Source of the DNA: Arcobacteraceae bacterium
GTDB taxonomy: Bacteria > Campylobacterota > Campylobacteria > Campylobacterales > Arcobacteraceae
Assembly (NCBI GenBank): GCA_048268245.1
Contig: JBLWVX010000003.1
Coordinates: forward strand, 1-64,000
Reading direction: 5' to 3'
DNA: 64,000 nt
Under the pieces are notes generated by a model that was given only the letters and a program-made list of their open reading frames with translations, had not been told where the DNA came from and made no database searches. Position numbers and translations under genes: made by a program. Shown here piece by piece: positions 61,469 to 64,000 of this stretch. Each line of letters begins with the position of its first letter. The stretch's first letter is position 1.

Positions 61469-63106
61469 ATGGAAACAAATTACAGTAAAAATAAGCTATT
61501 TAAAAAAGTATATGTTCTTCTTTTTTTAGGAATCACATTGATTACTATTATTTTTGCTGCAATTGGAGTGTCTTTACAGAAAAAAGCAGTTTTAGAACTT
61601 ATGCAGTCAGAAGCTAAAAGTTTAGCTCAATCTATTACTTTTGTAATCTCTAAATCTTTGTTAATTGATGATGATTCATCAATTATTGATTTTAATAAAC
61701 AATACATAAAAAAAGCAGATAAAGTTAAAAATATAATAATTTCAAAATCAAATGGAAAAGATTACTTTATAATTAGAAAAGAGTCTTGGGAACATAGACA
61801 AAATATTAGTGAAACCTTTACAAATATGCAAAAGAATATACCTACAAACTCTATGATTTATTCAGCATTTTTAAATGAAGAAGTTTTTCATTATGTATAT
61901 CCTATGCAAATATCAGGAATTACATGGGGTTGGCTTCATATTAGTTTAGATTTAAAGAAATATTATGAAAAGTTAGAACATCTTTATGCTCAATATTTAG
62001 TACTGTTTTTATCTTTTACATTTTTAGCTTTTGTAATTTCTTTTTATATAGCTAGAACTTTTGTTAGACCTATTGTAGAACTTAATAAAACAGTATCTCA
62101 AGTAAGCTCTGATAATTTAGATGTTATAAAAGTTGATAATGTTAGTAATGATGAGGTAGGAGAGTTAACGAAAGCTTTTAACTCGATGATTTCACAGTTA
62201 AGTATCTCTCAAAAAAGTCTTAAAAAATACCAAGCAGATTTAGAAAAAAGAGTACAAGAAAGAACAGCTGATTTAGAAAAAGCAAACAAAAGTTTAAATG
62301 AAAAATCAGAACAACTAGAAGAGTTAAATAGAAACCTTGATACAAAAGTAAAAAAAGAGATTGAGAAAAGAAAAGAGCAAGAAGAAATGCTTTTACAGCA
62401 ATCAAGACTTGCTGCAATGGGTGAAATGGTAGGAAATATTGCTCACCAATGGAGACAACCTTTAAATGCTTTAGGAATTATTATTCAAAATATTGATTTA
62501 TCTTATAAAATAGGTAAATTAAATGAAGAGTTTATGAAAAAATCAATTGATGAGTCTTTAGATTTAACTACTATGATGTCAAAAACTATTGATGATTTTA
62601 GAAATTTCTTTATACCAAATAAGAAAAAAGAGAATTTTTTACTTCATGAGAGTTTAAATAGCTCATTAGAGTTAATTGGTTCTACATTTAAAAACTATAA
62701 TATTAGTGTGAAAAGAGATATTGACAAAGGCTTAGAGGTTTTTGGTTTTCCAAATGAGTTTGCTCAAGCTTTACTAAATATTTTGTCAAATGCAAAAGAT
62801 GCTTTAATCGAAAAAAGAGTTGCTAAACCTGAAGTTTGTGTGAAGCTAAAAAAATATGAAGACATAGGAAAAATATTTATAAGTGATAATGCTGGTGGAA
62901 TAGATGATGAAGTAATGCTTAAAATATTTGAACCATATTTCACTACAAAAGAGCAAGGGAAAGGTACAGGAATTGGTCTTTATATGTCAAAAATGATTAT
63001 TGAACAAAATATGAAAGGTAAAATTTATGCTAGAAATATAGATAATGGTGTAAGTTTTATAATTGAAATACCTTTAAAACAAAAAGATGAAGGAAAAACT
63101 ATTTAA
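61469..63106 (+). CDS. HAMP-domain sensor histidine kinase
   Basis: Two TMs, HAMP (RPI..L..DEVGEL..AFN.M), AHQWRQPL, DNAGGI, FEPYFTTK, GTGIGL. Confidence 0.92.
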   Translation: METNYSKNKLFKKVYVLLFLGITLITIIFAAIGVSLQKKAVLELMQSEAKSLAQSITFVISKSLLIDDDSSIIDFNKQYIKKADKVKNIIISKSNGKDYFIIRKESWEHRQNISETFTNMQKNIPTNSMIYSAFLNEEVFHYVYPMQISGITWGWLHISLDLKKYYEKLEHLYAQYLVLFLSFTFLAFVISFYIARTFVRPIVELNKTVSQVSSDNLDVIKVDNVSNDEVGELTKAFNSMISQLSISQKSLKKYQADLEKRVQERTADLEKANKSLNEKSEQLEELNRNLDTKVKKEIEKRKEQEEMLLQQSRLAAMGEMVGNIAHQWRQPLNALGIIIQNIDLSYKIGKLNEEFMKKSIDESLDLTTMMSKTIDDFRNFFIPNKKKENFLLHESLNSSLELIGSTFKNYNISVKRDIDKGLEVFGFPNEFAQALLNILSNAKDALIEKRVAKPEVCVKLKKYEDIGKIFISDNAGGIDDEVMLKIFEPYFTTKEQGKGTGIGLYMSKMIIEQNMKGKIYARNIDNGVSFIIEIPLKQKDEGKTI

Positions 63107-64000
63107 TTAGTTTTACTGTATCTTTTGTTTTAGTTCCTATAATTTTTAGTTGAAATTCAAATTGATCATAATCACCATTAATTTTTTTATATGTTGTACT
63201 TGGATTTGCTAAAAGTTCAACTTCTATGAATTTATTAATCAATAGATTATCAGCTGTACTTCCACACTCAAATAGTGCCATGTGCATTCTCGCACCTGTT
63301 AAATCGTAAGAGTTTTCTAAATTTTTAAAAGATTGACTTATTTGTTTTGGGTCATTATTTTGTTCCTTTGTTAAAGAATCAACCATAGGAACACAAAAGT
63401 CATTATATATATCTGTATCTAAAACCGACTGATCATTTCTTATAAAACCATCATCAGTATAAAAATATTTTATATCATTTTTAAAGTGTGACCAATTTGA
63501 ATTCCCTGATGCGGTACAAGCATTTCCTAAATCAACTCCATAAAATTCATCATAATCTGTATCTGTATATCCTCTATGACCACTTAAATTAAATGTTATT
63601 ATATTGCCTTTAAATAAATGTGAATTATCACATCCATTTATTCCAAATGGTGATAAGTCTGATGTCTCTGTTAAGTCTGCTATTATTGCTACAGAGCTTG
63701 TACTTAAATCAAAGCTTGCTAAATCAAGGAATTTATACCAAAAAGTTTCATGTGTGTAATTTGGAAGTGAAACTGTTACTGTATAAGGGTCAGATATAAA
63801 ATCCCAAGTATATGTGATTTCATCTTTTATTTGTGCACCTAATGGAGTTTGAGCTAGTATATCATTTGCAATAGTTTCAGCATTAGTTGTATCCATATCA
63901 ACATCAATATAGTACTTTGCAGCACTTAATGCAGCATTATCTGTTAAAGCTTTAAGCTTATAATATTTATTTCTAGCTTCAATATCATCTAGTATAGTCG
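63099..64000 (-). CDS. TadG-like pilus-associated protein (5' end outside window)
   Basis: The frame stays open beyond the ORF-track start (63896) to the window edge: TILDDIEARNKYYKLKALTDNAALSAAKYY..., containing the Tad N-terminal L...D.AAL.AA motif. Confidence 0.7.
   Translation of the reverse strand, partial: TILDDIEARNKYYKLKALTDNAALSAAKYYIDVDMDTTNAETIANDILAQTPLGAQIKDEITYTWDFISDPYTVTVSLPNYTHETFWYKFLDLASFDLSTSSVAIIADLTETSDLSPFGINGCDNSHLFKGNIITFNLSGHRGYTDTDYDEFYGVDLGNACTASGNSNWSHFKNDIKYFYTDDGFIRNDQSVLDTDIYNDFCVPMVDSLTKEQNNDPKQISQSFKNLENSYDLTGARMHMALFECGSTADNLLINKFIEVELLANPSTTYKKINGDYDQFEFQLKIIGTKTKDTVKLIK

Overview
Very AT-rich chromosomal window from a Campylobacterota bacterium, most likely Arcobacteraceae (inferred from gene content and protein style). 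From left to right it contains: the end of an IS256-family element interrupting a small membrane-protein gene; a YheO-regulator module with lrgAB and a beta-hydroxyacid dehydrogenase; a periplasmic-sensor diguanylate cyclase; an arsR-GGCT-arsB-arsC-arsD-arsA arsenic locus; a MerR-type regulator with aas; a nitrogen-control cluster (glnD, a degenerate NtrC/Fis-like regulator, an EAL protein, two amtB-PII pairs, an ERIC-like repeat); pyrC; a flagellar cluster (fliM, flgI, fliQ, fliJ-like, fliL, flgH, flgK, fliD, fliS); housekeeping genes; a CsgG-like lipoprotein triplet; gatC; a nine-gene Tad/Flp pilus locus behind a c-di-GMP-I riboswitch; tgt; a TolC/two-component set; and a separate partial TadG-like gene. 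Most notable: (1) an ArsC/Spx-family gene missed by the ORF track, with an in-frame UGA exactly at the catalytic Cys position followed by a SECIS-like hairpin (candidate selenoprotein); (2) the riboswitch-headed Tad system with a non-canonical pilin lacking Glu5 and an SH3-fused RcpC; (3) a candidate sigma54-independent nitrogen regulator with a TGWWT-N7-A(T/G)ACA box upstream of nitrogen genes; (4) several operators inferred directly from the sequence. All family calls are from motif recognition by eye; no database search was run.
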